From the NCBI RefSeq assembly GCF_048403405.1, contig NZ_CP183129.1: 64,000 bases of DNA; one strand, written 5' to 3'. A model generated the notes under the pieces. It was not told the origin of the DNA and did not search any database. It saw only the letters and a program-made list of their open reading frames with translations. Of the stretch, positions 45,325 to 63,145 are shown one piece after another. Each line of letters opens with the position of its first letter. Within the stretch, counting starts at the first letter, position 1. The position numbers were made by a program, and so were the translations under genes. The DNA is from Escherichia coli (GTDB taxonomy: Bacteria; Pseudomonadota; Gammaproteobacteria; Enterobacterales; Enterobacteriaceae).

Positions 45325-46611
45325 TTACGCGTTATAGGCATTCTCGCCGTGGCTGTTGACGTCCAGCCCTTCTCGCTCCTGTTCTTCAGGCACACGCAGA
45401 CCAACCGTCAGATCCGCCAGTTTGTAGCCAATAAACGCCACCACACCGGACCAGACAATCGTAATGGCAATGCTTTCCAGCTGTACCAGCAACTGATGGC
45501 CCATCGTCACACCTTCAGCGAAGCCCACGCCGCCCAGCGAGCTGGCGGCAAAAATCCCGGTCATGATACAGCCGACAATGCCACAAACGCCGTGCACACC
45601 AAAGACATCGCAGGGATCATCCACCCGCAGCAAGCGTTTGAGCATGGTAACGCCCCACAAGCCCGCTAGACCCGCTACCACGCCGATAATCAACGCGCCG
45701 CCAACACCAATGTAGCCACAGGCTGGCGTCACGCCGACCAGACCGGCAATCGCGCCAGAACACGCTCCCAGCAGTGAAGGCTTTCCGCGCAGCGCCCATT
45801 CACCGAAGATCCAGCCAAGAATTGCTGCCGCCGTTGCGACCACAGTATTCACAAATGCCAGTGCCGCGATTTCATTCGCCGTGCCCGCTGACCCGGCGTT
45901 AAAGCCAAACCAACCGATATAGAGAATGGCAGTCCCGGTGAAGACCATCGGCAGGTTGTGCGGTTTAAACGCCTCTTTACCGAAGCCCACGCGTTTGCCT
46001 ATCAGATATGCGCCCACCAGACCGGCGATTGCGGCGTTAATGTGCACCACCGTGCCACCCGCGAAATCCAGCGCACCGTGAGAAGCCAGCAAACCACCGC
46101 CCCACACCATATGCGCAATCGGAATGTAGGAGAGCGTCAGCCATACCACCACGAAAATCAACACAGCTGAGAAGCGGATTCGTTCCGCCAGCGCCCCAAC
46201 TATCAAGCCTACGGTAATGCAGGCAAACGATCCCTGAAACGCTACGTGGATATACTGATAAATGCTGCCCATCACCGCCGTCAGTTCGATGTTTTTCAGC
46301 ATCAGCCAGTTAATGTTGCCGAAGAAGTTGTTGCCCTCACCAAACGCCAGCGAGTAACCGTAAACCACCCAGAGAATACAGACCAGTGCAAACGTCACCG
46401 TCACCTGCGTCAGCATCGACAGCACGTTTTTGCCGCGAATCAACCCACCGTAAAACAGGGCAATCCCCGGAATAGTCATAAACAGCACCAGCGCAGTACA
46501 GATCATCATAAACGCATTGTCGGCTTTATCGGCCACCGCAGGTGCAGCCATTACCAGTCCCGGCAGCATCGCCAGTGAAGCAAGCCCAGTTTTTATCGTC
46601 GCTATCTTCAT
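45325..46611 (-). CDS. amtB: Ammonium transporter AmtB (428 aa)
   Basis: Complete ORF; signal peptide plus 11-TM Amt fold sequence. Confidence 0.96.
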   Translation of the reverse strand: MKIATIKTGLASLAMLPGLVMAAPAVADKADNAFMMICTALVLFMTIPGIALFYGGLIRGKNVLSMLTQVTVTFALVCILWVVYGYSLAFGEGNNFFGNINWLMLKNIELTAVMGSIYQYIHVAFQGSFACITVGLIVGALAERIRFSAVLIFVVVWLTLSYIPIAHMVWGGGLLASHGALDFAGGTVVHINAAIAGLVGAYLIGKRVGFGKEAFKPHNLPMVFTGTAILYIGWFGFNAGSAGTANEIAALAFVNTVVATAAAILGWIFGEWALRGKPSLLGACSGAIAGLVGVTPACGYIGVGGALIIGVVAGLAGLWGVTMLKRLLRVDDPCDVFGVHGVCGIVGCIMTGIFAASSLGGVGFAEGVTMGHQLLVQLESIAITIVWSGVVAFIGYKLADLTVGLRVPEEQEREGLDVNSHGENAYNA

Positions 46612-46640
46612 TTTTCGTTCCTGTTGCTGTGTGCCAGAGA

Positions 46641-46979
46641 TTACAGCGCCGCTTCGTCGGCTTCGCCGGTACGAATACGAATGACGCGTTGCAATTCAGC
46701 GACGAAGATTTTGCCGTCGCCAATTTTTCCGGTGTAAGCCGCCTTACTGACGATATCGATCACTTCATCGAGTTGGTCATCAGCAATCGCCACATCAATT
46801 TTTACTTTTGGCAGGAAGTTGACGCTGTATTCCGCTCCCCGGTACAGCTCGGCATGCCCTTTCTGACGCCCGAAACCTTTCACTTCGGTGACGGTCAGGC
46901 CCTGAATACCAATGGAAGATAACGCTTCACGAACGTCTTCCAGCTTGAATGGTTTGATTATCACGGTCACCAGCTTCAT
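46641..46979 (-). CDS. glnK: Nitrogen regulatory protein PII-2 GlnK (112 aa)
   Basis: Track ORF trimmed to MKLVTVIIKPFKLEDVREAL; uridylylation-loop Tyr51 context (RGAEY) present. Confidence 0.95.
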   Translation of the reverse strand: MKLVTVIIKPFKLEDVREALSSIGIQGLTVTEVKGFGRQKGHAELYRGAEYSVNFLPKVKIDVAIADDQLDEVIDIVSKAAYTGKIGDGKIFVAELQRVIRIRTGEADEAAL

Positions 46980-47031
46980 AGATCCCCTCCGGTCAGAATT
47001 CGGTAATGGTTCTGCTACACGAAGAAGGTAT

Positions 47032-47047
47032 TGCAAGCGGTGTGCCA
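47032..47047 (-). promoter_or_regulatory. sigma54 (-24/-12) promoter of glnK-amtB
   Basis: Minus strand reads TGGCAC-ACCGC-TTGCA about 50 nt upstream of the glnK ATG; TGCAC-containing repeats (likely NtrC sites) at ~47100-47140. Confidence 0.8.
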
Positions 47048-47159
47048 GAAATGAAAAACGAGAAAGAGAGCAGGAAGTTAAGAAGATTGAAAATGAAAAC
47101 GCACTATGACAGTGCACAGTGCGTTACATTTTTGCACCAACGATGAAATATTGCGCTAT

Positions 47160-50706
<3,547 letters not shown>

Positions 50707-50735
50707 GCGTTGTGTCCTGACCTGATTCTGGATAT

Positions 50736-51194
50736 TTATTCGATGGGTAAAGAAGTGGTGTATTTAATCTGTTCCATCGCGAAGCTGGAAGTGACGTCCG
50801 ACAGCCCCGGCACGCTGTTTACCAGACGCTTATAAAACTCGTCGTAGCGTTTCATGTCGGCAACCTGGACGCGCATCAGATAATCGTATTCACCGGCCAT
50901 GCGCCAGAACCCCAGCACTTCTGGCATTTCGGTAACCACCGTGACAAAGCGGCAATACCATTCGCTGCTGTGATGTTGCGTTTTTATCAGCACAAAGGCG
51001 GTCAGGCCGAGGCCTATTTTTTCCGGATCCAGCAGGGCGACTTTGCCGATAAGGATACCGTCGTCCTCCAGCCGTTTCAGACGCTTCCAGCACGGGGTGG
51101 TTGTCAGATTAACGGCTTCAGCCAGTGCCTGCAAAGAGAGGGTGCAATCCTGCTGTAGTAAGGCCAGCAGCTTACGGTCAATTTTATCTAACAT
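50736..51194 (-). CDS. decR: Lrp/AsnC-family regulator DecR (YbaO, 152 aa)
   Basis: Track ORF trimmed to [28 protein letters not shown] (HTH). Confidence 0.88.
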
Positions 51195-51346
51195 AGCCCT
51201 TCCACGGAGAATTTTTTTCTCTTTTAATTCTATTTTAAAGGTGAAATCGCGACAATTTATTCTGTGCGGTTTAAACACCACGGCACAAAATGACAAATTC
51301 AACGCAAAAAAAACCGGGCAATTGCCCGGTGCTGGAAGGGATCTCG

Positions 51347-52165
51347 TTATTCGGGGGAATAAGGTAGATGTGGATAGTCCAGCCAGTGCGTCAAATAGTG
51401 AGAGACAGCCTGATTTCGGCAATGTCCAATCACCGGTAAATGCGGGAGCTCCGCGCGCAATTGCGGCATCGCATTGCCCATAATAAATCCGCTACCGACG
51501 CTGCCTAACATTTCGCGATCGTTCATCGCATCACCAAAGGCCATGCAATCGCGCAACGATAAACCTAAATGTTGGGTCAGCACCGTCAATGCAGCGCCTT
51601 TATTGCAGCCCACCGGCAGCACTTCGAGGCAATCCGTGGCGGAAAAACACAAATGTGCACGCTCGCCTAATGCTTCGTATAGCTGGATCTGCAAGTGTGT
51701 AAGATCGTCGTGATCGCCACAGAAGCAGATCTTGGTGACGCTGCCGAGTGGCATTTTTTTGACATCGATTATCTGATAACGAAAACCGCTATAGACAAAT
51801 GCCTGCAACAACGCAGGGATCTCTTTCCCGGTAAACCAACCATCGTCATTGAAGATATGCATGCTGGCTCGGGTATCCCATTGCTGATACAGCACCAGCT
51901 CCGCGACATCCGCAGGTAAATCATCACGATGTAAAAGTTCACCTTCCAGAGAATGTACGCGCGTTCCGTTGCCAGTAATCAAATATGCATCCAGCGATAG
52001 CGCCCCGAGAATATGCTGCATCTCCAGCGCATGACGCCCCGTGGCAAAAGTGAGGGTAATGTCGCGTTCACGCAGCCGCGCCAAAGTAGAGAGGGTTTTC
52101 TCACCTAAATGATGGTCAGGCATCAATAAAGTGCCATCCATATCAAATGCTGCCAGACGAGCCAT
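51347..52165 (-). CDS. cof: HAD-family phosphatase Cof (272 aa)
   Basis: Track ORF trimmed to [14 protein letters not shown] (DxDGT motif). Confidence 0.9.
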
Positions 52166-52264
52166 TTCTTTCTCCACTCTGTGACACGGTTAATGGTGAT
52201 TGAGTATCACCTGATATATACGGAAGTAATAGTGAATAGTTAAATAATATTGTTCCGGGTTTAT

Positions 52265-53965
52265 ATGCGACTGCTCAACCGTCTTAACCAGTATCAACGT
52301 CTGTGGCAACCTTCCGCCGGAAAGCCGCAAACCGTCACCGTCAGCGAACTGGCCGAACGCTGTTTTTGCAGCGAACGCCATGTTCGTACGCTGTTGCGTC
52401 AGGCACAGGAGGCGGGATGGCTGGAGTGGCAGGCGCAGTCAGGACGCGGAAAGCGCGGACAATTACGCTTTCTGGTCACGCCAGAATCGCTACGCAATGC
52501 GATGATGGAAAAGGCACTGGAAACCGGAAAGCAGCAAGATGTGCTGGAGCTGGCGCAACTGGCCCCAGGTGAGCTGCGCACTCTGTTACAGCCGTTTATG
52601 GGTGGACAATGGCAAAACGATACACCCACGTTGCGTATTCCCTACTATCGCCCGCTCGAACCGCTACAACCGGGCTTTTTGCCCGGCCGTGCCGAGCAGC
52701 ATCTCGCCGGGCAGATATTTTCCGGCCTGACCCGCTTCGATAATAATACCCAGCGCCCGATTGGCGATTTAGCGCATCACTGGGAAACCTCTACTGAGGG
52801 GTTACGCTGGGACTTTTATCTTCGTTCAACCCTACACTGGCATAACGGCGATGCAGTAAAAGCCTCCCACTTACACCAGCGATTATTGATGCTGTTACAA
52901 CTGCCAGCACTGGATCAATTATTTATTAGCGTGAAGCGTATTGAAGTCACCCATCCGCAGTGTCTGACCTTCTTTTTACATCGCCCTGATTACTGGCTTG
53001 CGCACCGGCTGGCGAGCTATTGCAGCCATCTGGCGCATCCGCAATTCCCACTGATCGGCACGGGTCCTTTTCGCTTAACACAATTCACAGCGGAGCTGGT
53101 GCGCCTGGAAAGCCATGATTATTACCATTTACGTCATCCGCTGCTTAAAGCGGTTGAGTACTGGATAACTCCGCCGCTTTTCGAAAAAGATTTGGGAACC
53201 AGTTGTCGGCATCCCGTGCAAATCACCATCGGCAAACCGGAGGAGCTGCAACGGGTCAGCCAGGTCAGTAGTGGCATCAGTTTAGGTTTTTGCTATTTAA
53301 CGTTGCGCAAAAGTCCCCGACTGTCCCTCTGGCAGGCGCGAAAAGTGATCTCCATTATTCATCAATCCGGTTTATTACAAACGTTAGAAGTTGGAGAAAA
53401 CCTGATCACCGCCAGTCATGCATTACTGCCAGGCTGGACTATTCCGCAATGGCAAGTACCGGATGAGGTCAAACTACCGAAAACCTTGACACTGGTTTAT
53501 CACCTACCGATAGAACTTCATACCATGGCAGAACGTCTACAGGCGACACTGGCAGCGGAAGGCTGTGAACTCACAATTATTTTTCATAACGCAAAAAACT
53601 GGGACGACACGACCCTACTGGCACACGCAGACCTCATGATGGGCGACAGATTAATTGGCGAAGCACCGGAATATACCCTGGAGCAATGGCTGCGTTGCGA
53701 TCCACTATGGCCACATGTTTTCGACGCTCCAGCATATGCACATTTGCAATCGACACTGGACGCGGTGCAAGTAATGCCTGATGAGGAAAACCGATTTAAT
53801 GCCCTAAAAGCGGTTTTTAGCCAGTTAATGGCAGACGCGACGCTGACGCCGCTATTCAACTATCACTATCGCATTAGTGCCCCTCCCGGCGTGAACGGTG
53901 TGCGACTGACACCGCGCGGCTGGTTTGAATTTACCGAAGCCTGGCTTCCCGCGCCGTCGCAATGA
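52265..53965 (+). CDS. ybaE: Solute-binding-protein-like YbaE (566 aa)
   Basis: Track ORF 52250..53965 trimmed to MRLLNRLNQYQRLW; the start is uncertain by 5 codons. Confidence 0.85.
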   Translation: MRLLNRLNQYQRLWQPSAGKPQTVTVSELAERCFCSERHVRTLLRQAQEAGWLEWQAQSGRGKRGQLRFLVTPESLRNAMMEKALETGKQQDVLELAQLAPGELRTLLQPFMGGQWQNDTPTLRIPYYRPLEPLQPGFLPGRAEQHLAGQIFSGLTRFDNNTQRPIGDLAHHWETSTEGLRWDFYLRSTLHWHNGDAVKASHLHQRLLMLLQLPALDQLFISVKRIEVTHPQCLTFFLHRPDYWLAHRLASYCSHLAHPQFPLIGTGPFRLTQFTAELVRLESHDYYHLRHPLLKAVEYWITPPLFEKDLGTSCRHPVQITIGKPEELQRVSQVSSGISLGFCYLTLRKSPRLSLWQARKVISIIHQSGLLQTLEVGENLITASHALLPGWTIPQWQVPDEVKLPKTLTLVYHLPIELHTMAERLQATLAAEGCELTIIFHNAKNWDDTTLLAHADLMMGDRLIGEAPEYTLEQWLRCDPLWPHVFDAPAYAHLQSTLDAVQVMPDEENRFNALKAVFSQLMADATLTPLFNYHYRISAPPGVNGVRLTPRGWFEFTEAWLPAPSQ

Positions 53966-54029
53966 ATAGCTGGTCCGGGTTAATCGCAGGCGTTACCATA
54001 ACGTTTTTATTGTTCAAGCAGGATTATCT

Positions 54030-54725
54030 ATGAAACGTGCTGTCGTTGTGTTCAGTGGAGGCCAGGATTCCACCACCTGTCTGGTGCAGGCATTACAACA
54101 ATATGATGAAGTCCATTGCGTGACGTTCGATTACGGTCAGCGGCATCGCGCAGAAATCGACGTGGCACGCGAACTGGCGCTGAAACTGGGGGCACGCGCG
54201 CATAAGGTGCTGGATGTCACCCTGCTCAACGAGCTGGCGGTCAGTAGCCTGACGCGTGACAGCATTCCGGTGCCTGATTATGAACCTGAAGCCGATGGTA
54301 TCCCGAATACGTTTGTCCCAGGGCGTAATATTTTGTTCCTGACGCTGGCGGCAATATATGCGTATCAGGTAAAAGCAGAAGCCGTAATTACCGGCGTCTG
54401 TGAAACGGATTTCTCCGGCTACCCGGATTGCCGCGATGAGTTTGTGAAAGCACTAAACCATGCCGTCAGTTTGGGCATGGCGAAAGATATTCGTTTTGAA
54501 ACGCCGCTGATGTGGATTGATAAAGCGGAAACCTGGGCGCTGGCAGATTATTACGGCAAACTGGATTTAGTCCGTAACGAAACGTTGACCTGCTATAACG
54601 GCATTAAAGGCGACGGTTGCGGTCATTGTGCGGCATGTAATTTACGCGCCAACGGTTTGCATCATTATCTGGCCGATAAACCGACGGTGATGGCAGCGAT
54701 GAAGCAGAAAACCGGGTTGAAGTAA
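54030..54725 (+). CDS. queC: 7-cyano-7-deazaguanine synthase QueC (231 aa)
   Basis: Complete ORF; SGGxDS PP-loop and C-terminal Cys zinc cluster. Confidence 0.95.
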   Translation: MKRAVVVFSGGQDSTTCLVQALQQYDEVHCVTFDYGQRHRAEIDVARELALKLGARAHKVLDVTLLNELAVSSLTRDSIPVPDYEPEADGIPNTFVPGRNILFLTLAAIYAYQVKAEAVITGVCETDFSGYPDCRDEFVKALNHAVSLGMAKDIRFETPLMWIDKAETWALADYYGKLDLVRNETLTCYNGIKGDGCGHCAACNLRANGLHHYLADKPTVMAAMKQKTGLK

Positions 54726-54776
54726 TTATTCCGGGTGTCGCCGGATGCGGCTTGAGCATCCGGCACCACAAAACGT

Positions 54777-55175
54777 TTACTTAACCATCTGCTCCAGCTT
54801 TTCGCGCAATTCCCCTTCCAGAGCTAACGCTTTCTGCGTTTTAAGATCAATACAAACAAACGTAATAAGCGCATCCGCTACCACCTGCCCTTCCGGCTCC
54901 AGTGTAATGACCTGGCTTAAGATGCCGCTTTTACCGTTTAATTGCTGCAACTGACTGGTAATGGTTAACAGGTCGCTTAATACCGCCGGGCGACGATAGT
55001 TAATATTGATATTGACCACGACGAAGGCGATGTTATGGGCCGTCATCCACTGAAAACTGTCGCTATTTTCCAACCCATCCCAGCGGGCTTCTTCGAGAAA
55101 CTCCAGATAGCGGGCGTTATTAACGTGCTGGTAAACATCGAGATGATATCCACGAACTTTGATTTGTGTTTGCAT
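54777..55175 (-). CDS. fadM: Long-chain acyl-CoA thioesterase FadM (YbaW, 132 aa)
   Basis: Complete ORF; hotdog-fold sequence recognisable. Confidence 0.9.
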   Translation of the reverse strand: MQTQIKVRGYHLDVYQHVNNARYLEFLEEARWDGLENSDSFQWMTAHNIAFVVVNININYRRPAVLSDLLTITSQLQQLNGKSGILSQVITLEPEGQVVADALITFVCIDLKTQKALALEGELREKLEQMVK

Positions 55176-55216
55176 AGCGCGAGAACCTTACGTTGTTGTT
55201 ATAAGTACAGAGGTCA

Positions 55217-55676
<460 letters not shown>

Positions 55677-55696
55677 TTAACGGCAGTGAAAACAGG

Positions 55697-57662
<1,966 letters not shown>

Positions 57663-57853
57663 GGTGTAACAACACTCCGCTGTAGATGACTGTGTACCTC
57701 ACGCAACGTATCGATGCGCGCAAAGGCCTATTGTGACAAGAAACGGGGGCAATTGTCAGCCCACAAGACGCAGAAAGTCACCGAATACAAATAAAAAAGG
57801 CACATCAGTAGATGCGCCCTTGAACTTCGTCACATCCCCACTGGGGACAACGC

Positions 57854-58126
57854 TTAGTTTACCGCGTCTTTCAGTGCTTTACCTGCACGGAAGCTCGGTA
57901 CTTTAGCGGCAGCGATGGTGATCTCTTTACCGGTCTGCGGGTTGCGGCCAGTACGGGCAGCACGCTCTTTAACGGCAAAAGTACCAAAACCTACCAGTGC
58001 TACATCATCCCCTTCTTTCAGAGATTCAGTTACGGAAGCAATAATAGCATCTAACGCACGGCCAGCCGCAGCTTTAGAGATATCAGCCCCTGCAGCAATC
58101 TTGTCGATCAATTGAGATTTATTCAC
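57854..58126 (-). CDS. hupB: DNA-binding protein HU-beta (90 aa)
   Basis: Complete ORF; [29 protein letters not shown]. Confidence 0.97.
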
Positions 58127-58265
58127 TCTTCTCTTCCTCTTTATAATTTATATCGCACTTGAATCCTTCAAGGTACGAACGCGCAGCAGTTATATCAGGC
58201 CAGCCATCCCCTTACAACACCCCTTAATAAGGGCAAGCCCGATCCGCCATCTAACTTAGCGAGAC

Positions 58266-58302
58266 AAAAAAAGGCTGGCAAGCCCGAATTAGCCTGCCAG
58301 CC
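58266..58302 (-). terminator. Intrinsic terminator of lon
   Basis: GGCTGGCA...TGCCAGCC stem followed on the minus strand by UUUUUUU, 33 nt after the lon stop. Confidence 0.8.
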
Positions 58303-58334
58303 CTGTTTTTATTAGTGCATTTTGCGCGAGGTCA

Positions 58335-60689
58335 CTATTTTGCAGTCACAACCTGCATGCCAGACGGTTCATTTTGCAGCGCCAGAGTCAGAACTTCCTC
58401 AATGCGCTTCACAGGATGAATGTCCAGATCGGCAATTACGTTGTCAGGAATCTCTTCCAGATCGCGTTTATTTTCGAACGGAATTAGCACTGTTTTAATC
58501 CCGCCCCGATGCGCTGCCAGTAGTTTTTCTTTCAAACCACCGATCGGCAGTACCTGACCACGCAGAGTGATCTCACCGGTCATTGCCACATCGGCACGAA
58601 CCGGGTTACCGGTCAGGCAAGAAACCAGCGCGGTGCACATAGCAATACCGGCACTCGGACCATCTTTCGGCGTCGCACCTTCCGGTACGTGGACGTGGAT
58701 GTCGCGTTTTTCGTAAAAATCAGGGTTGATCCCCAGTTTTTCCGCACGCGCACGAACCACCGTTAACGCTGCCTGAATGGACTCCTGCATCACTTCGCCA
58801 AGCGATCCGGTATAGGTCAGTTTGCCTTTACCCGGAACGCACGCGGTTTCAATGGTCAGCAAGTCACCGCCCACTTCCGTCCACGCCAGACCAGTTACCT
58901 GACCGACACGGTTTTCGTTATCAGCGCGTCCATAGTCGAAACGCTGAACACCGAGGTAGTCATGCAGGTTATCACCGTTAATTTCGATATGTTTTAATGA
59001 CTTATCGAGCAGTAACTGCTTAACCGCTTTGCGACACAGTTTGGAGATTTCACGCTCCAGACCACGCACGCCCGCCTCACGGGTGTAATAACGAATAATG
59101 CCGATAATGGCGCTATCGTCGACGGTCAGCTCACCTTTTTTCAGTGCATTACGTTCAATCTGCTTCGGCAACAGGTGACGTTTGGCGATGTTCAGTTTTT
59201 CATCTTCGGTATAACCGGAGAGGCGAATCACTTCCATACGATCCAGCAGCGGTGCCGGAATGTTCATGGAGTTCGACGTCGCGACAAACATCACGTCGCT
59301 GAGATCGTAATCCACTTCCAGGTAGTGGTCGCTGAACGCTACGTTCTGCTCTGGATCCAGCACTTCAAGCAGTGCGGAGGCCGGATCGCCACGCATGTCA
59401 GAAGACATTTTGTCGATCTCATCGAGCAGGAACAGCGGGTTTTTCACGCCCACTTTCGCCATTTTCTGGATCAGTTTACCCGGCATAGAACCGATGTAAG
59501 TACGGCGGTGACCACGGATTTCCGCTTCATCACGCACGCCGCCCAGCGCCATACGGACATATTTACGCCCGGTGGCTTTGGCAATGGACTGACCAAGAGA
59601 GGTTTTACCTACCCCTGGCGGCCCTACCAGGCAGAGGATCGGTCCCTTGATTTTGTTGACACGGCTTTGAACCGCAAGATACTCAAGGATGCGATCTTTC
59701 ACGCGCTCCAGACCATAATGGTCGGTATCAAGGATTTCCTGCGCCTGACGCAGGTCTTTTTTGACCTTGCTGCGCGCATTCCACGGCACCTGTACCATCC
59801 AGTCGATATAACCACGCACTACGGTCGCTTCTGCCGACATCGGAGACATCATTTTCAGCTTCTGCAACTCTGCTTCCGCTTTCTCTTTTGCCTCTTTCGG
59901 CATTTTCGCCGCGTCAATTTTGCGCTTCAGGGCTTCGTTTTCGTCCGGCGCGTCGTCCATTTCACCGAGTTCTTTCTGAATAGCTTTCATTTGCTCGTTC
60001 AGATAGTACTCACGCTGGGATTTCTCCATCTGCTTTTTAACGCGGTTGCGAATGCGTTTCTCAACCTGCAGCAGATCGATTTCCGATTCCATCATTGCCA
60101 TCAGATATTCCAGACGTTCGTTAACGTCGGACATCTCCAGAACGGACTGTTTGTCAGCCAGTTTCAGCGGCATATGTGCAGCAATGGTATCCGCCAGACG
60201 CGCCGGGTCGTCGATGCTATTCAGCGACGTCAGCACTTCTGGTGGGATTTTTTTGTTCAGCTTGATGTAGCCTTCGAACTGGCTGATTGCAGTACGCACC
60301 AGCACTTCCTGTTCCCGCTCATCAATGGTCGGCGACTCCAGATACTCCGCCTTCGCAGAAAAGTGTTCGCCATTGTCAGAGAGCGCAGAAATACGCGCGC
60401 GCTGTAACCCCTCGACCAGCACTTTGACGGTGCCGTCTGGCAGTTTCAGCATCTGCAATATAGAGGCCACGGTCCCGACGGTGAAAAGATCGTTTACACC
60501 CGGCTCATCCGTTGAAGCTTCTTTCTGCGCGACCAGCATAATTTTTTTATCATGGTCCATCGCCGCTTCCAGACAACGGATAGATTTTTCCCGCCCGACA
60601 AATAAGGGGATGACCATGTGCGGATAAACCACCACATCGCGCAGCGGCAATACGGGGATTTCAATGCGTTCAGAACGCTCAGGATTCAT
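58335..60689 (-). CDS. lon: ATP-dependent protease Lon (784 aa)
   Basis: Track ORF 58335..60734 trimmed to [25 protein letters not shown]. Confidence 0.96.
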   Translation of the reverse strand: MNPERSERIEIPVLPLRDVVVYPHMVIPLFVGREKSIRCLEAAMDHDKKIMLVAQKEASTDEPGVNDLFTVGTVASILQMLKLPDGTVKVLVEGLQRARISALSDNGEHFSAKAEYLESPTIDEREQEVLVRTAISQFEGYIKLNKKIPPEVLTSLNSIDDPARLADTIAAHMPLKLADKQSVLEMSDVNERLEYLMAMMESEIDLLQVEKRIRNRVKKQMEKSQREYYLNEQMKAIQKELGEMDDAPDENEALKRKIDAAKMPKEAKEKAEAELQKLKMMSPMSAEATVVRGYIDWMVQVPWNARSKVKKDLRQAQEILDTDHYGLERVKDRILEYLAVQSRVNKIKGPILCLVGPPGVGKTSLGQSIAKATGRKYVRMALGGVRDEAEIRGHRRTYIGSMPGKLIQKMAKVGVKNPLFLLDEIDKMSSDMRGDPASALLEVLDPEQNVAFSDHYLEVDYDLSDVMFVATSNSMNIPAPLLDRMEVIRLSGYTEDEKLNIAKRHLLPKQIERNALKKGELTVDDSAIIGIIRYYTREAGVRGLEREISKLCRKAVKQLLLDKSLKHIEINGDNLHDYLGVQRFDYGRADNENRVGQVTGLAWTEVGGDLLTIETACVPGKGKLTYTGSLGEVMQESIQAALTVVRARAEKLGINPDFYEKRDIHVHVPEGATPKDGPSAGIAMCTALVSCLTGNPVRADVAMTGEITLRGQVLPIGGLKEKLLAAHRGGIKTVLIPFENKRDLEEIPDNVIADLDIHPVKRIEEVLTLALQNEPSGMQVVTAK

Positions 60690-60772
60690 AGAGCTCTCTC
60701 TTAGTTTAATTTCCGCCAGGTAATCAGATGACACGACTGTGCTTCACGCCATCTATTAACATGTACGTCAGT

Positions 60773-60799
60773 ATATGGGGATGTTTCCCCCACATTCAA
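60773..60799 (-). promoter_or_regulatory. sigma32 heat-shock promoter of lon
   Basis: Minus strand reads TTGAAT-N13-CCCCATAT, about 85 nt upstream of the lon ATG. Confidence 0.75.
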
Positions 60800-60876
60800 C
60801 GCCGAGAATAGAGGAAAAATTAAAGGGGAGATAAAATCCCCCCTTTTTGGTTAACTAATTGTATGGGAATGGTTAA

Positions 60877-62151
60877 TTATTCACCAGATGCCTGTTGCGC
60901 TTCCGGCTTGCCATAAATCAGCAACGGCTTGCTTTGACCATCAATTACCGATTCGTCGATAACCACTTTTTCGACGTCTTCCATGGACGGCAGATCGTAC
61001 ATGGTATCGAGCAGTGCGGCTTCTACGATGGAACGCAGGCCACGGGCACCGGTTTTACGCGCCATCGCTTTCTTAGCGATAGCATCCAGCGCCTCGTCAC
61101 GGAATTCCAGATCCACGCCTTCCAAATTAAACAGCGCCTGATACTGCTTGGTCAGGGCGTTTTTCGGCTCTTTGAGGATCTGAATCAGAGCTTCTTCGCT
61201 CAGTTCATTCAACGTTGCGACAACCGGCAGACGACCAATGAACTCAGGGATCAGACCAAACTTGATCAGATCTTCCGGTTCAACCTGCGCCAGCAGCTCG
61301 CCTTCGCTTGCTTTGTCGGACTTCGCTTTTACCGTCGCGCCAAAACCAATGCCGGAGCCGGTTTCTACACGATGGGAAATGACTTTATCCAGACCAGCGA
61401 ACGCACCACCACAAATAAACAGGATCTTAGAGGTATCTACCTGCAAGAACTCTTGCTGCGGGTGTTTACGCCCGCCCTGCGGTGGAACGGCGGCAACCGT
61501 ACCTTCAATCAGTTTCAACAGTGCCTGCTGTACGCCTTCACCGGAAACGTCTCGGGTAATGGACGGGTTGTCTGACTTACGAGAAATCTTGTCGATTTCA
61601 TCGATGTAGACAATCCCGCGCTGCGCTTTCTGTACGTCGTAATCGCACTTTTGCAACAGCTTCTGAATGATGTTTTCAACGTCTTCGCCCACATAACCGG
61701 CTTCGGTCAGCGTGGTTGCGTCGGCCATGGTGAACGGGACGTCCAGCAGGCGCGCCAGCGTTTCGGCCAGCAGCGTTTTACCGGAACCGGTCGGACCGAT
61801 CAGCAGAATGTTACTTTTGCCCAACTCGACACCATTGCTGGTATCGCCGTTGCGCAGACGTTTGTAGTGGTTGTATACCGCGACCGCCAGCACTTTTTTC
61901 GCCTGTTCCTGGCCGATAACGTAATCGTCCAGGTGGTTACGAATTTCATGCGGCGTCGGTAGCGCACTGCGTTCACGATGCGGTGCAACTTCTTTAATCT
62001 CTTCGCGAATGATGTCGTTACATAAATCAACACATTCGTCGCAGATATACACGGATGGACCGGCAATCAGCTTGCGCACTTCATGCTGGCTTTTGCCGCA
62101 AAAAGAGCAATACAGCAATTTGCCTGAGCCATCTTTGCGTTTATCTGTCAT
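60877..62151 (-). CDS. clpX: ATP-dependent Clp protease ATPase subunit ClpX (424 aa)
   Basis: Complete ORF; N-terminal C4 zinc finger, Walker A GPTGSGKT. Confidence 0.97.
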
Positions 62152-62276
62152 GGGTCAAAACCTCTTCTTTGTTCTTTGTGCCGCACACGACGACGCAAAT
62201 GCCATTCTCAGGCGCAAGCCGCTTACAGCGTTGTGCCGCCCTGGATAAGTATAGCGGCACAGTTGCGCCTCTGGCA

Positions 62277-62900
62277 TCAATTACGATGGGTCAGAATCGA
62301 ATCGACCAGACCGTATTCCACCGCTTCAGGGGCGGAAAGGAAGCGATCGCGCTCGGTATCACGTTCAATCTGTTCTAATGATTGACCCGTATGAAGCGCC
62401 ATAAGTTCATTCATGCGCCCTTTAACTTTCAGAATTTCACGGGCATGAATTTCGATATCGGTCGCCTGGCCCTGGTAGCCGCCCAACGGCTGGTGAATCA
62501 TCACGCGCGAATTCGGCAGGCAGAAACGTTTACCTTTTGCCCCTGCAGTCAGCAAGAAAGCGCCCATCGAAGCCGCCTGGCCCATACAGATGGTGCTGAC
62601 ATCAGGCTTGATAAACTGCATGGTGTCATAGATAGACATCCCGGCAGTGATCACCCCGCCTGGGGAGTTAATGTACAGATAGATATCTTTTTCTGGGTTT
62701 TCTGCTTCCAGGAACAGCATCTGCGCCACAATCAGGTTAGCCATATGGTCTTCAACCTGGCCAGTCAGAAAAATGACGCGTTCCTTAAGTAGACGAGAAT
62801 AGATATCAAAAGAGCGCTCACCACGTGAGGTCTGTTCAATGACCATCGGCACCAGCGCCATATGGGGTGCAAAGTTATCTCGTTCGCCGCTGTATGACAT
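62277..62900 (-). CDS. clpP: ATP-dependent Clp protease proteolytic subunit ClpP (207 aa)
   Basis: Complete ORF; catalytic Ser context GQAASMGA. Confidence 0.97.
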   Translation of the reverse strand: MSYSGERDNFAPHMALVPMVIEQTSRGERSFDIYSRLLKERVIFLTGQVEDHMANLIVAQMLFLEAENPEKDIYLYINSPGGVITAGMSIYDTMQFIKPDVSTICMGQAASMGAFLLTAGAKGKRFCLPNSRVMIHQPLGGYQGQATDIEIHAREILKVKGRMNELMALHTGQSLEQIERDTERDRFLSAPEAVEYGLVDSILTHRN

Positions 62901-62978
62901 TTCCGTCTCCTGGATAAAATTGAAAAAACCTGCTGTACCGATTGTAACCTTATGGACGGATTATCAGCTAGTCCCTGT

Positions 62979-63008
62979 GTTATGGGTACGGCATCACCAT
63001 ATTTCAAG
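62979..63008 (-). promoter_or_regulatory. Probable sigma32 promoter of clpP-clpX
   Basis: Minus strand reads CTTGAAA-N15-CCCATAAC, about 80 nt upstream of the clpP ATG; the -10 is an imperfect match. Confidence 0.55.
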
Positions 63009-63145
63009 CATAACAATCTTTTGTTGTTACGCTAACACCGAAAGAGGCTTTTCGCACGGTTCCATGCAAAATTCATGACAAAAAAAAGCCCACCACCTGG
63101 CGGTGACGGGCCTTTGTGCGAATTTAGCGCGTTATGCTGCGTAAA

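Noticed and set aside
59175-60407. 410-aa plus-strand ORF
   Set aside because: Antisense to lon; no recognisable domain; Lon on the minus strand is unambiguous.
63080-63112. Hairpin downstream of tig (GCCCACCACC...GGTGACGGGC after an A8 run) as the tig terminator
   Set aside because: The stem is imperfect as read by hand; plausible but not secure enough to list as a feature.
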